63,777 nt of DNA, filler included, from Aduncisulcus paluster (GCA_024181965.1; 34 parts of 34 records of this genome joined end to end with filler, not necessarily neighbours in it), one strand, 5' to 3'; positions 11,430 to 24,024 are shown, numbered from the whole stretch's first letter. Notes: generated by a model from the letters alone, not told the origin. Made by a program: numbers and translations.

Positions 11430-11511
11430 TGTTAAAAGCTTATGCTTGCTTCAAATTTATTAAATAAAGGTGGATGTGATAATCTAAAAATAGAACGATG
11501 AGAAATTAACA
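11430..11511 (-). mobile_element. 5' LTR, 82 bp (TGTTAA...TTAACA), followed by palindrome CAAAAATATTTTTG (11418-11431)
   Basis: 6-bp inverted termini; internal TCTCA, CTATTTTTAG and AATAAATTTG shared with other LTRs; gag ATG 10 nt after the palindrome; truncates the upstream ORF. Confidence 0.8.
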
Positions 11512-11756
11512 CCAGTGACTATAGGACAACAAATAGCAACAACGTTTTCGAAAAGTGCCTTTGGGATGCCAAAGAATTCTCTAAATGTACTATCTAATTC
11601 TATTAATTCCAGTAAAAATCTATTACTAACAGTTCTTTCCCCAAATTGATCATCTCCAGTTTCTTCTTCAAATCCTGATTCTTCACTTAATCCAGATATG
11701 TCTCCAGACACATCATGAATTTCCTGCGACAATTCTGTTATAAATCTTCTGGCCAT
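11512..11756 (-). pseudogene. N-terminal fragment of an ORF resembling a PIF/Harbinger-type transposase HTH, cut by the LTR insertion
   Basis: MARRF...STFREFFGIPKALFENVVAICCP resembles the F+..F.+....F..L HTH motif; frame runs into the LTR and stops. Confidence 0.4.
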
Positions 11757-11778
11757 ATATTTTTTTAAAATATTAGAG

Positions 11779-11927
11779 CTGTTGCAAAAAAGACAGACTT
11801 GTTCCACAAAAACAGGACCTGTTGCACAACAACCGAGTTGTTGCACAACAAGCCGATTGTTTCAAAACAATAAAGTTGTTTCGCAACAACCCCTATTTAT
11901 TTGCAACAATACTATTGTTGCTAGAAA
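11779..11927. repeat. About 8 degenerate ~19-bp tandem units with quasi-palindromic core TTGTTGCACAACAA
   Basis: tgttgcaaaa / ttgttccacaaaa / tgttgcacaacaa / ttgttgcacaacaa / ttgtttcaaaacaa / ttgtttcgcaacaa ... Confidence 0.7.
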
Positions 11928-12665
11928 ATAAAGAAAGTCTGTTTATTACCTTATAGTTGCATAATCCGCGTAATTCCAAAATAATTGTAAAAATATTAAT
12001 ATTATTAAGTTTTATTAATAATTCATTTTATTTTTTTAATTTTTTTTCTTAATTTAAAAATATATAAAAAGACCTCGAAAAACGGCCACTTTACTTTATA
12101 AAATTGAAAAATTTGCCGGGATAAATCGGCAAAAAGGGACCCCCCTCAAAAATCACGGGAAAAAAGAGCAGTCGGGTTGGATAATCACCGGGGGGAGGGG
12201 GGTACTATCAGCATCCCCCGGTGATCATTTGAATTAAAATAAAGTATAAAAAAAAGATCATCTGTAATAATTATTCGAATATTAAATTATAATTAAAAAA
12301 TTTTTTTACATACCATTTTACCAAAAAAAAGACTTGCAACTATCCCACATAGACTTTTTGACGATCATAGATAATCAGTCATAAATAGTTTTATTCATTT
12401 CCAATAAAGAAGTTTTCTTATTTTTTTCATCAAAATTATTAGCCATTTAAGTGGTAAAATTGATTTTATTATGGCCTTGATAAGGTGCACTATATAAAAA
12501 CAATAATCAATAAATAAGAAGATATTTCTCTTTTAATTTGATTTATTATGATATTTTTATAATAANNNNNNNNNNNNNNNNNNNNNNNNNNNNNNNNNNN
12601 NNNNNNNNNTTAATTAATTAANNNNNNNNNNNNNNNNNNNNNNNNNNNNNNNNNNNNNNNNNNNN

Positions 12666-13026
12666 AATTAATATACGCTGTAACCGATAGATCCTTTTCC
12701 ATAATTACACCAGACAATGCCATATGAAGGTCAAACGAAGACGTTGACCCATCCAAAGAATAAATGGCCTTTTTAAACTTTTTTAACTCTTCAGAGGTCG
12801 AAATGGAATCAAAGCCCAAAATATCCTTCAATGAAGATAATAAGGCTGGATCAATAAGCCTATGCCAAGGAGAAGGGTTCGAAACTTTTGGGTTAGACTT
12901 ATAAGCATCGTAGCGTAAGAAAAAATCATTCAAATTCTCCATAGAATAACTTTTCAAACAAGGAATATCAACATGCGCCACAGTGCTTTCCGAAGAAGAC
13001 GTAGTACTACTAGTAGTTGCTGGCAT
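12666..13026 (-). mobile_element. Retrotransposon gag-like ORF, N-terminal part
   Basis: IPCLKSYSMENLNDFFLRYDAY...PWHRLI pattern parallels the 32638 gag; starts 10 nt after the LTR-adjacent palindrome. Confidence 0.7.
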
Positions 13027-13048
13027 TGTATTTTAGCAATAACGTTAT

Positions 13049-13276
13049 TGTTAGTTTATCTGGGATTTATGTCCGTGAACAAATTTATTAAAATAAAAGC
13101 GCAAAATCTCTTTACAATAATTTTTGGATCTCCCAGAAATGGAAGTCAAAAAAGTATTAATCTCTGCAAGGTGGCGACAATAATTAATTCGAATTATATT
13201 AATATAAAAATTAATATAATTATAATCCTAAAATAAAATAATAAAATAAACCATTGTAATATCAGTCCTGCTAACA
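13049..13276 (-). mobile_element. 5' LTR, 228 bp (TGTTAG...CTAACA), followed by palindrome CAATAACGTTATTG (13037-13050)
   Basis: 6-bp inverted termini; TTTTATTTTAATAAATTTG about 30 nt before the LTR end as in the other LTRs. Confidence 0.78.
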
Positions 13277-13495
13277 TTTGTTTGATAAGAATATAAGTAT
13301 TTGGACATATGGATCAAGAATCATGACGAATTCATGTCAAATACCTTGATCAGCAAATGATCAAGGCATATCCCAAATTTCTCAGGAAAATTAAAGCGAA
13401 AAAACAAAAAACATATCCTTCAAGATTCACTCTTTCATAAAATCAGAAGTGTTTGGAAATATTATTAACCTTCCCTCGGTCAAAGTCTCTGATAT

Positions 13496-14165
13496 CTACT
13501 CTTCAGAGTCCTTCTGAGCCTTTTCAGCTGCAGCCACAACCTCCAAGAACACCTGCTCAAGCGTTGTTCCACTAAGACTCCAATCGATGACCCCAATCGA
13601 AGTCTTCAGGGCCTCCAATTTCTCGAACAACCCTGCAACACGCCCCTTGATGACGTCTCCAGGGATGTCAAATTCGATAACTTGAGACACGACGCTGTTC
13701 ACGACAGCCTCAGGGATGAGTCCCTTGATTGTCTTTGTGGCAAGAGTGGTGTCAGGACATGACATGACCAACCTCGAACCCTTGTCGAACCTGTTCTTCA
13801 AGTGAGTGTGAGACCCACCAGCAATCACCCTTCCACTACTCATGATAAAGATACGATCAGCGAGAGCCTCAGCCTCCTCCATTGAGTGGGTTGTGATCAA
13901 AATGCATCTGTTCTGCTTGGCCTGCAAGAAGGCATTCCATAGCTTACGACGACTGTGGGGATCGAGACCCGTGGTGGGTTCATCGAGAAGAATTACCTCA
14001 GGATTTCCACACAAGGCCATTCCCACTGCCAGTCTCCTCCTCATTCCTCCACTGAGATGGGAAGATGGGATGATAGATTGATTCCCAAGACCAACAACAT
14101 CCAGAATAAACTGACAATGTTGCTGCTCGAGACGTTTGGGAACACCCTTGACACGACTGTAGAAA
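13496..14165 (-). CDS. ABCA-subfamily transporter, C-terminal NBD and regulatory domain (5'-partial)
   Basis: LSGGMRRRL, ILLDEPTTGLDP.SRR.LW, TTHSMEEAEALADRI, TTLEQVF. Confidence 0.95.
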
Positions 14166-14265
14166 NNNNNNNNNNNNNNNNNNNNNNNNNNNNNNNNNNN
14201 NNNNNNNNNTTAATTAATTAANNNNNNNNNNNNNNNNNNNNNNNNNNNNNNNNNNNNNNNNNNNN

Positions 14266-16576
14266 TCTTTCCTACAATTCTATCTCTGATCCTAGCTTGA
14301 TTTCCTCACTCCCTGCCTTCGAGAATTTGTCTCATATTTCCTTGGATAATAATGAAGTGTCGGATATTTCATTCTTGTCAACCATTGTGGATAGCATTGA
14401 TCGTCTTTCGTATATGAATGTTTCTAAGAATCTTCTTGACTGTGGAGATTCTGACGAGTGTTTCATTCTTTTGGATGACATTTCAACAAAAGATATGAAG
14501 GATGATGGTACTACTGTTGTGTTTGGAACTCAAGATACAACCTCAACATGTGGATCTGAGTTTTCGTCATGTGATTTCTTGGTATCTCATGAAGTCTGCT
14601 CCTTTAGTAGCTCTGGAACCGAGGAATGTAAATGTGCTGGAGAGTATTACCTTGATAGCTCAAACCACTGTATGCCTGCTTCATACGTTCCAAACTCCAC
14701 TTGTTCTGGATGTGGAGGAAACAGAGGAGAGTGTTCATATTCATCTGACCTTAGCACTGCCACATGTGAATGTTATGATGGGTGGTATGGAGATGATTGT
14801 TTCTCTGCCTGTCCTTTGTCCTCTGGATTGAGTCCTCTGATCTGTAGCGGAGATGTATATGGTTCTTGTGATACAGCAACTCATACTTGTGTCTGTGTGG
14901 TTAACTATATTGGATCTGCCTGTGAATTTTATTGTAATGATCTTGAGAATTGTGGTGAACACGGATATTGTGATATCGAATATGTTTCATCAGAAGAAGA
15001 TGGTGAAATCGTTATTTCTGAGGAACTTACTTGTACGTGTGATGAGGGTTGGTATGGTTCCAAGTGCCAAAGTGAATATCCTGTGGAGATAATTGTTGGG
15101 GAAGACGAGGATGGAAACCGTATTAAGGTGGATTATGTATGTGGAAAAGACCATNNNNNNNNNNNNNNNNNNNNCTCTGGATTGAGTCCTCTGATCTGTA
15201 GCGGAGATGTATATGGTTCTTGTGATACAGCAACTCATACTTGTGTCTGTGTGGTTAACTATATTGGATCTACCTGTGAATTTTATTGTAATGATCTTGA
15301 GAATTGTGGTGAACACGGATATTGTGATATCGAATATGTTTCATCAGAAGAAGATGGTGAAATCGTTATTTCTGAGGAACTTACTTGTACGTGTGATGAG
15401 GGTTGGTATGGTTCCAAGTGCCAAAGTGAATATCCTGTGGAGATAATTGTTGGGGAAGACGAGGATGGAAACCGTATTAAGGTGGATTATGTATGTGGAA
15501 AAGACCATTCATCAGTTGATAGTGATTATTCTTATCTTGCCGATCCAGATATTCTGCAATGTGATTGTAATTCTTATGGTTATGTCTTCCTTGACTCCGG
15601 ATTATGTATCGATCCTGCCACACATCCAGATTATAAGGATATTGGTGAAAATTCAACTGTTTGCTTGACATGTGGTCTTTCTGATGAGAGTCATGGTGCT
15701 TGCATATTTGTTGCCGAGGCAAATGAAGAAACAAACGAATCCGAACTTCATGCAAAATGTGAATGTGAATTTGGATGGGGTGAAGATCCTTACCATCCTG
15801 AGCTTGCTTCTTGTTCAACTAATGTCTGTATTCTCACATATGATGAAGGAAAATACAATATTTTAGATGAGTGTTCTTCCCACGGTTATTGTGAAGTTTC
15901 ATCATACTCTTCCATTTGTGAATGTGATGGTGGATATCGAGGTGTATCTTGCGAGCTTAAGATTCCAATTAAGATCCCTAAATTATATATTTTCATTGGT
16001 TCAGGGATTGCTTTTATTATAATAATGATTATTGTCATTGTGGCTACATATCGTAGGCTTAGGGATCAGAAATCTGAATCTTCAAAGGAACAAGATGGAC
16101 CTGTTCCATCTGTGTATGATTTGCCTGAGCTTGTGCCAATTGAAAGTTCCTCAAGCGAGTCTCAAATGGTGGAACAGGAACTTGATATTGCTGATAGAAG
16201 TGGTTCTATTCACAGCATTATTGATAGTGACCGGATTATTAAGCATGAAAATAGATCTGCAACTCACAGTGGAACTCCTAAACTCAATCCCATCACACCT
16301 GGGGTATCAAGTGTTCGCATCAAAGATACAGGGAGTCCAATGGCAATTTCATCGGGAGGAAGCTCGGGAGTGAGACGAAAGGTGAGGAAAAGGAAGAGAA
16401 GAGTTCCGATGAGAACTCATGTTGGAGAGTTTAGTCCCCATGTCATGGAGTCAATGGGATCAGCTGGTATTAGACCTGGATATCTGTTCTCACCAATTTC
16501 TATGACTTCTCCTGTACCCTCTTCCGAGCAACAAAATAGTGATAGTATTCACAGAGTTGTTATTAAGAATTTGTGA
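14266..16576 (+). CDS. Type I membrane surface protein with LRR, tenascin-like EGF repeats, one TM segment and a cytoplasmic tail (5'-partial)
   Basis: LxxLxLxxN repeats, many CxCxxGWYGxxC units, TM YIFIGSGIAFIIIMIIVIVATY then RRLR; the internal duplication around the 20-N gap is an artefact. Confidence 0.88.
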
Positions 16577-16581
16577 TCTAC

Positions 16582-17024
16582 TGTCAATCATTCTGATTAT
16601 GTCATTAATCTTGTCAAAAAAAAAACACCAAAACATTGGTTATTATCCAATTTTAGAGTAATTTGAAAAATGTGAATTCTAAAAATAGAATTTCTAAAAA
16701 TAGAAATTTACAAAATGAAAGTGGTGTTTTGATCCCATTTACACGGCCTAAACACCTGAGAAATGTGTGTTTGTTGTGAAAGACGATGTTTATTGAGATG
16801 AATAAAATTAACTTTCTTGAAATTCAATGATTTTGGACAACTCCTCGTTTTCATCGTTTCTATTGTTAGATCTATCTTTCGAAGCTTTCGAAGTGCTTTC
16901 CATCGTTGATAAGTGTTCTGTTGGCCTTTGAAGATGTTTTGGAGAGAACTTAACTCTGGGCATTGGTGATAGTCACCGTGACTTCCTGAGGAAAAGTATC
17001 TCATCCAAATTCAGCATCTACACC
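16582..17024. repeat. Second copy of the 3478-3919 dispersed repeat
   Basis: Near-identical sequence starting 5 nt after the stop codon of the EGF gene. Confidence 0.95.
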
Positions 17025-17125
17025 NNNNNNNNNNNNNNNNNNNNNNNNNNNNNNNNNNNNNNNNNNNNTTAATTAATTAANNNNNNNNNNNNNNNNNNNN
17101 NNNNNNNNNNNNNNNNNNNNNNNNG

Positions 17126-20100
17126 ACAAAAGAAATTGAAGCACTCATTGTTTCAATCAAAAGAACAGACTCTCGACCTGCCATTAAATCCCTTTATGAA
17201 GGATCCCATTCTCGTCTCAAGACTATCTTTGATGAGTTCACTTCTTCACCCTCATCTGCTGTCACATCCGCTCGAGATCTGTTCGCCCTTTGTTTCGAAT
17301 GCTTGTCCTTGTTCGTGAAGCATAAAGTTACAAAAGACGATGGAACTCCAGATGAGGATGATTTTGAGGTTATTCTGGATAGTTCTTCCATCCAGGATAT
17401 GATTGACTCTTTCTTGCCTTCAATGATCCGAGTTGAAGCTATTCTGAGAGTTGAACGAGAAGAAATGGAGGAAATGGAAGAAGAAGAAGAAGGAGCTAAA
17501 ACTGCTGAATCTAGAGTGAATTCCATTACAAAGACATTGTTCAGCATTCTCAGTATCGCAACAACAAGAAGTGTTCTATCTCAATGTATTGCCATTTTCC
17601 CCCAGATCTCCACTCTTCTCTCCAAGATGTTTATTCTCGGCCTATTTGAGAAACTTGATGATTCTTTTGTTGAGGATATCCTCCAGACATGTAGGAATAT
17701 TGCATTTGCCAAAGACGATCCCACCAAGAACTCCCTTTTATCCATTCTTCTCCCACATATCTTGCCATGGATGAAGAAGTATCCTGATAAGAAGTTCTTT
17801 TTCTTGTGGATAAATATCTTGAAGAATATCACTCTTGATAAGGATAATACCTTCTCTGATAAAGATCGTTCTTCACAACTTTGGTTTGTCTTCCACCCTG
17901 TCTTGGCTATTATCAAGGACACTGCTTCCAAAGGTATTACATTTGATGATGATGCTGTAATTTGTTGTTTGTGTTTCTTTGGTAACTTGAGTTGTATTCC
18001 TTCCCAAGCCATTGAAGTTCATGCTTGCATTAAAGATGGTCTTCTTGATAGCTGGTTTGAGATAGTGAAGAGGAAGAAAAGTGAAGGACTGGATCCTAAT
18101 AGTCAGGGAGTCATACACTGCTCTAAACTCATTTCCATGCTTTCCAGTGTCCCATCAATAATTCCTCAACTCTCTCCCAAATATGATGCCAACATGGAGT
18201 GGTGCAAGAAGAATGGAGGATGGAGTGGATATTATACAAGATATCTTGGTAATTGTTATCCTTCTCTGAAGAAATGGGTTGAATTAGTTGAAGCTATTAA
18301 GAAATGTCCTGACTCAGAATCATCCTCAATTCTCTACCACAAACATCGAGAAGATATCCTTTCTGTCTTCCTTGCATCCCAATCAAAGAGTGAGATTGAA
18401 GAGCACAAGAGAGAGATAGTGTTTTGTGTTGAGTGTTTAAGACGGTTTGCAGGACATGATATTGCTGGAAATCATATCTGTCTCCTAATACCTGATCTCA
18501 ACGATCTCATTGACACTTTCATTGATTATCTTTCAAGAATTGAGGAAATATTGGAAGAAGCTGTTGATGAAGAGTATTGTAGCATTTGTGTTTCTTATTC
18601 TTTCAAAGTTGAAGATAAATGGGATTCTTTCCTTCTCAAGATCCTTTCCACTTTCCATCGAATTCTTGAGAGAGGAAGCAAGAAGAAGTTATCTGATAAC
18701 ATCGTTCTAAATTTATTGATGACTCTCAGAAACATCTCTACTTTTTCCTCTCCTTCCACTCGATCCTCTATTTTCACCCTTATCAAACCATACGTCAGAG
18801 ATTGGTTGAGGATGTACGATAATAGTAAGTGCTATGGCCAATGGATGTTAATTTTATCATTTATTGTCATCTTAAGTGATAATACTTCCCCCAACAAATC
18901 CCTTTGTTCTGAAGCTTGGCCTCTTTTCCACCCTGTCCTTGATGTTGTTAAGAGAGAGTTTGTTGGGGACAAGATTATTGAGGATGAACATGAAGAATGT
19001 TTGCGATTCTTCTCCAACTTGTGTTGTGATCCAATACATACCCCCGAAATCTATGATAATATTAAGTATCTTCTTGATAGATGGTTTGAGGTTATCAAGA
19101 GGAAACAACATAAATGGGGAAGCCAATTCTGGTCCAAACTCATTTCCATGCTTTCCACTATCCCATCTCTTGTCCCTCAACTCTCTCCCAAATATGATAC
19201 CAACATGGAGTGGTGTAAGAAGAATGGAGGATTGCGTAATGATTATACAAGATATCTTGGTAATTGTTATCCTTCTCTGAAGAAATGGTCTGAATTAGTT
19301 GAAGCTATTAAGAAATGTCCTGACTCAGAATCATCCTCAATTCTCTACCACAAACACCGAGAAGATATCCTTTCTGTCTTCCTTACATTCCAATCAAAGA
19401 GTGAGATTGTAGAGCACAAGAGAGAGATTGTTCTTTGTGTTGAGTGTTTAAGATGGTTTGCAGGACATGATATTGCTGGAAGATATATCTTCCTCCCAAT
19501 ACCCGATCTCAACAATCTCATTGACACTTTCATTGATCATCTTTCAAGAGTGGAGGAAATATTGGAAGAAGCTGTTTATGAAGAGTATTGTAGCATTTGC
19601 GTTTCTTATTCTTTCAAAGTTGAAGATAAATGGGATTCTTTCCTTCTCAAGATCCTTTCCACTTTCCATCGAATTCTTGAGAGAGGAAGCAAGAAGAAGT
19701 TGTCTGATAATATTGTTCGATATTTATTGATAACTCTCAGATGCATCTCTAATTCTCCCTCTACTTCCACTCGATCCTCTATTCTCACCCTTATCAAACC
19801 ATATGTCAAAGATTGGTTGAGGATGTACAATGATAGTGAGTGTTATGGACAATGGATGTATATTCTATCATTTGGCACCACCTCAAGTGATGGTAAACCC
19901 CCCAACAAATCCCTTTGTTCTGAAGTTTGGCCCCTTTTCCACCCTGTTCTTGATCTTGTTAAGAGAGAGTTTGTTGGGGATAGGATTATTGTGGATGATC
20001 ATGAATTTGTTTTACTGTTCTTCTCTAACCTGTGTTGTGATCCTTCACATGCTCTTGTAATCTATGATAATGTAAAACATCTTCTTGATGGTTGGTTTGA

Positions 20101-20689
20101 GGTTATGAAGAGGAAACAACAAGAATGGGGAATCAAATACTGGTTCAATCTCATTTCCATGCTATCCACTGTTCCATCTCTTGTCCCTCAACTATCTCCC
20201 AAATATGATGACAAGATACTATGGTGCAAAGAAGAATGGTATTGTTCAACTCAAATCTATAACCAATACCTTTCCAACATTTCCTCCTTCGTATCTTCTT
20301 CATATCTCTCTTCAACTCTTTTCCATTCTGTTCCAATGGTTTCATTTCTCCCATCAATTGAGACATCTTTGTGTCCTGAGAAAGATGGATATTCATACGC
20401 TTCCCATGTATGTTCTGTTATGAATCTGCATAAAACTCCCGATCCTTCTCAATATCAAGAAGACAAAATCTCTTGCTATCATGATATTATCAGTGGAAAA
20501 GAAATGCAAATTCAACATGTTCTTAAACGTGATGGATCGAGTTCCCAAGATATCCTCACACACTCTTCTCTCATCCAATACACTTCTCCTCCCCAACACA
20601 TGCTTGTTAAGATGCCATTTGATGATGAGAGATCCTTGAGACAATCTGTGTATGATCTGATTGAACGCACAGGTGGAGGTGTTGAAGTG
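17126..20689 (+). CDS. Large alpha-helical (ARM/HEAT-like) protein with 337-aa tandem repeats; partial at both ends
   Basis: LISMLS..PS..PQLSPKYD recurs at a 1011-bp period (18125, 19136, 20147); paralogue at 35313-36533. Confidence 0.85.
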
Positions 20690-22010
20690 NNNNNNNNNNN
20701 NNNNNNNNNNNNNNNNNNNNNNNNNNNNNNNNNTTAATTAATTAANNNNNNNNNNNNNNNNNNNNNNNNNNNNNNNNNNNNNNNNNNNNTTTGGAGACCC
20801 CTCAGGACTGGATATAGTTCCATTTCACGTGTTAAGAACATTTATGAACGATTTCAATGCTATTCAATAACATGGATATATTTCCATTTCATTTCTATCC
20901 TTATCCTTGCCTTTCTGTTTCATTTTCACTTGCTTTTGCTTACAATCAAAAATATCAAGAACTCGGAATATGATGGTATACATATGTCTGTATACTGCTA
21001 CGAATCTAATCCCCTGATGCTTCATGGAACATGACATTTCCTGCTCCAACTCCAACTCCAACTCCAACTCCAACTCCAACTCTAACTCTAACTCTAACGC
21101 TCCAATGCCAGATCCTGATCATCTGATACTGAGATTCGTGCCATATCACCCCAGATTGACAATGTGACAATCATGGAAAGTGATATAGATTCTATTCCAC
21201 CTGATTGCACTGTCATATTGATGTTGAATTATTAGGAATCAAGAAATAACGCCTGAAAAGAACAAACGAATTGATTTTATTGGTTTTTAGATTTATTTTT
21301 TCTTGATCAGAAATCAAAGTTCCAAAAAAATGACCGTGTTATTTTGGCTAACAGATGCTCAAATCATCATTTGATTTGCCGATTGGAAATATCTTGATGG
21401 GTATAACCCATCACAAATTATATTTAAGCAAAAATTATTGCAACTTACATCATTGAAAGAGAAAAATCAAAATGATTTATTTTGGCGTCAAAGAAAAAGA
21501 CGCAATTCAATAGAAATAATAATAAAAATAAATATAACAATATTTTGTTATAAAGAATGTGGAACAAGGGAAAGGTTGGAAAGATTCTCTCCCAGAATGT
21601 TCCAAATTTAGATTTGAAAGAAAAAAATATGAACAACCAAAAATATGCAAAAAAAGATAATAATGAAAAGCACAAAAATAAAAGCGAAACACTAAAAAAT
21701 TTGTTTAACAAAAACAATCAAACATGCAAGAACCTACTCCAGTTTCCATAGTGTTCAGAGTTTTCATCACGGGTGAAACGTGGGGGATTGGAGGGAAAAC
21801 TCCACTGGGACCAAACTCATCACGAGGAGGCAAAACAAAAGATTGGTCGAAATCGCTGTAACTTGCGAGACCATCACTCTTAGAATCACCTTCACGCATC
21901 CAAGTAGGAGGAGAGAACACCGAGGAGAAATCAGATTCAGATACATCGAGCATAGGAATTGAAAATTGAGAGCTAGATGGGGNNNNNNNNNNNNNNNNNN
22001 NNAAATTTGT

Positions 22011-23222
22011 TTAACAAAAACAATCAAACATGCAAGAACCTACTCCAGTTTCCATAGTGTTCAGAGTTTTCATCACGGGTGAAACGTGGGGGATTGGAGG
22101 GAAAACTCCACTGGGACCACACTCATCACGAGGAGGCAAAACAAAAGATTGGTCGAAATCGCTGTAACTTGCGAGACCATCACTCTTAGAATCACCTTCA
22201 CGCATCCAAGTAGGAGGAGAGAACACCGAGGAGAAATCAGATTCAGATACATCGAGCATAGGAATTGAAAATTGAGAGCTAGATGGGGTGTAAGAATCCA
22301 TAGGGCTGGCTACAAGCGGAGGAGAGGGGAGGGAGTCAGACAAACAAACAGGGAAAGGGAAGGTAGAGGGTTCAGGTTCTTGAGAAATAAGAGGAGGGAG
22401 ACAAGGAAGAGGGGGGATAAGAGATGCGCTTCTTTTGAGATAAGAAAACTCAGGTGATTCATCGTCTAACAAAGAAGAAGATCTGCGCTTGCCGCAAGAG
22501 GCAGAAGTATAGTCACTTTTCTTAGCCGATTTGGAAAGATAAACGGCCAAGTCTTCTTCGTATTTTTTCTTGAATTTCTTATCATATGAAACGTAATCTT
22601 CGCCCCAAGATTTTATACCCTTCCGAGCTCTAACGTTAGAAATAGTCTTTCGAGATGGCACCAAAGCACGACATTCAGAAATCTCCAACCCTTCAGGCAA
22701 GTGGATGAAAGGATTGGTAAGAAGGAACAATTTGGCCTCTTCAATCATACGAGCAATAATTTCAGCATTTCCAAGTTTAGGAACACAGCAATCGACCAAG
22801 TCAATAAGTGTTTGACGAGCAGAATTAGTAAGTCTCAGCAATTTGTATTCTTCAATGGAACCAACAGAATGGTGGGAGTGTTCAAGGTGAATGGGAGTAA
22901 TATACCACATCTGAGGGGGAGCGGGATTCGAGGAATCGGCAGCATGACTGGGAGCAGAAGTGGGGAAGTAACGAACAGCCTTCACTGAGTGTTTGCATCC
23001 AACAGAGCGATGTCTAGAAGAGTGAGCATCAGCCTTGCCTTTGGAAGCACCGGATCTATAGCATACAAATACGAACTCCTCGCCGAATTTTTGAACTTTA
23101 TGACTCTTTACACGATATTGAACACCGTGCTGGACTTTAGTGACGTCTAACCACTCGCTGATAGATTGATAAGGATCTTCAATAGAATAGGAAAATGACA
23201 TTGTATCTTGAAATTTCTTCAT
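22011..23222 (-). CDS. Protein with a Mutator/FAR1/WRKY-GCM1-like Zn DNA-binding domain and Ser/Pro-rich tail; no DDE domain seen
   Basis: FVCYRSG...SVGCKHSVKA...WYI...HSHH motif. Confidence 0.6.
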   Translation of the reverse strand: MKKFQDTMSFSYSIEDPYQSISEWLDVTKVQHGVQYRVKSHKVQKFGEEFVFVCYRSGASKGKADAHSSRHRSVGCKHSVKAVRYFPTSAPSHAADSSNPAPPQMWYITPIHLEHSHHSVGSIEEYKLLRLTNSARQTLIDLVDCCVPKLGNAEIIARMIEEAKLFLLTNPFIHLPEGLEISECRALVPSRKTISNVRARKGIKSWGEDYVSYDKKFKKKYEEDLAVYLSKSAKKSDYTSASCGKRRSSSLLDDESPEFSYLKRSASLIPPLPCLPPLISQEPEPSTFPFPVCLSDSLPSPPLVASPMDSYTPSSSQFSIPMLDVSESDFSSVFSPPTWMREGDSKSDGLASYSDFDQSFVLPPRDECGPSGVFPPIPHVSPVMKTLNTMETGVGSCMFDCFC

Positions 23223-24024
23223 GTGAAAATAAATAAAAAAAGGTTATAAAATTTTGCTTTGGGTTAATAGCAAGAAAAGTTAAATGAATCCGAGCCTTCT
23301 CAACTGTGATATTTTTAGAAAAATGAAANNNNNNNNNNNNNNNNNNNNAATTTTTGAACTTTATGACTCTTTACACGATATTGAACACCGTGCTGGACTT
23401 TAGTGACGTCTAACCACTCGCTGATAGATTGATAAGGATCTTAAATAGAATAGGAAAATGACATTGTATCTTGAAATTTCTTCATGTGAAAATAAATAAA
23501 AAAAGGTTATAAAATTTTGCTTTGGGTTAATAGCAAGAAAAGTTAAATGAATCCGAGCCTTCTCAACTGTGATATTTTTAGAAAAATGAAAAAATGGAGG
23601 GTTTAACAGCTATTCAAAAAAAATATTATTGAAGAAATTAAGGGAAATGACAAAATCAAAGATTTATTTTTATGCTTTCTGCCATTTTGTTGTCGTCACT
23701 GATTTGAAGGAAGAGGGAGTGTAAATGAATGGCATATGATACATACAATTGAATTTTGGTATTTCACAAAAAATCACCAATTAATTTATGTGTTTTTTCT
23801 TTGTTTCATCCTTCGGATAATTATTCTGTGTACCTTCAAAGAATTAGGGAATAAATAAATGATATACAATGGCTACAACCCATTAGAAATAAAAACTAAC
23901 CTGGTTGTTTCTGAAAATGCACTCACCGAACTAGAGAGAAATCACTTCTATTTGGGTGAAATTCCTCTCAAGATATCAGGCTCATAAAAGTTTTTTAAAA
24001 TATTTACTGCTTTTATAATTCAAT

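Noticed and set aside
11779-11927. Palindromic short repeats as a CRISPR array
   Set aside because: The period is only about 19 bp, the units are degenerate and the gaps are too short to be spacers.
14821-15508. Tandem EGF-domain duplication in the surface protein
   Set aside because: The duplicate sits exactly either side of a 20-N scaffold gap, so it is most likely an assembly overlap.
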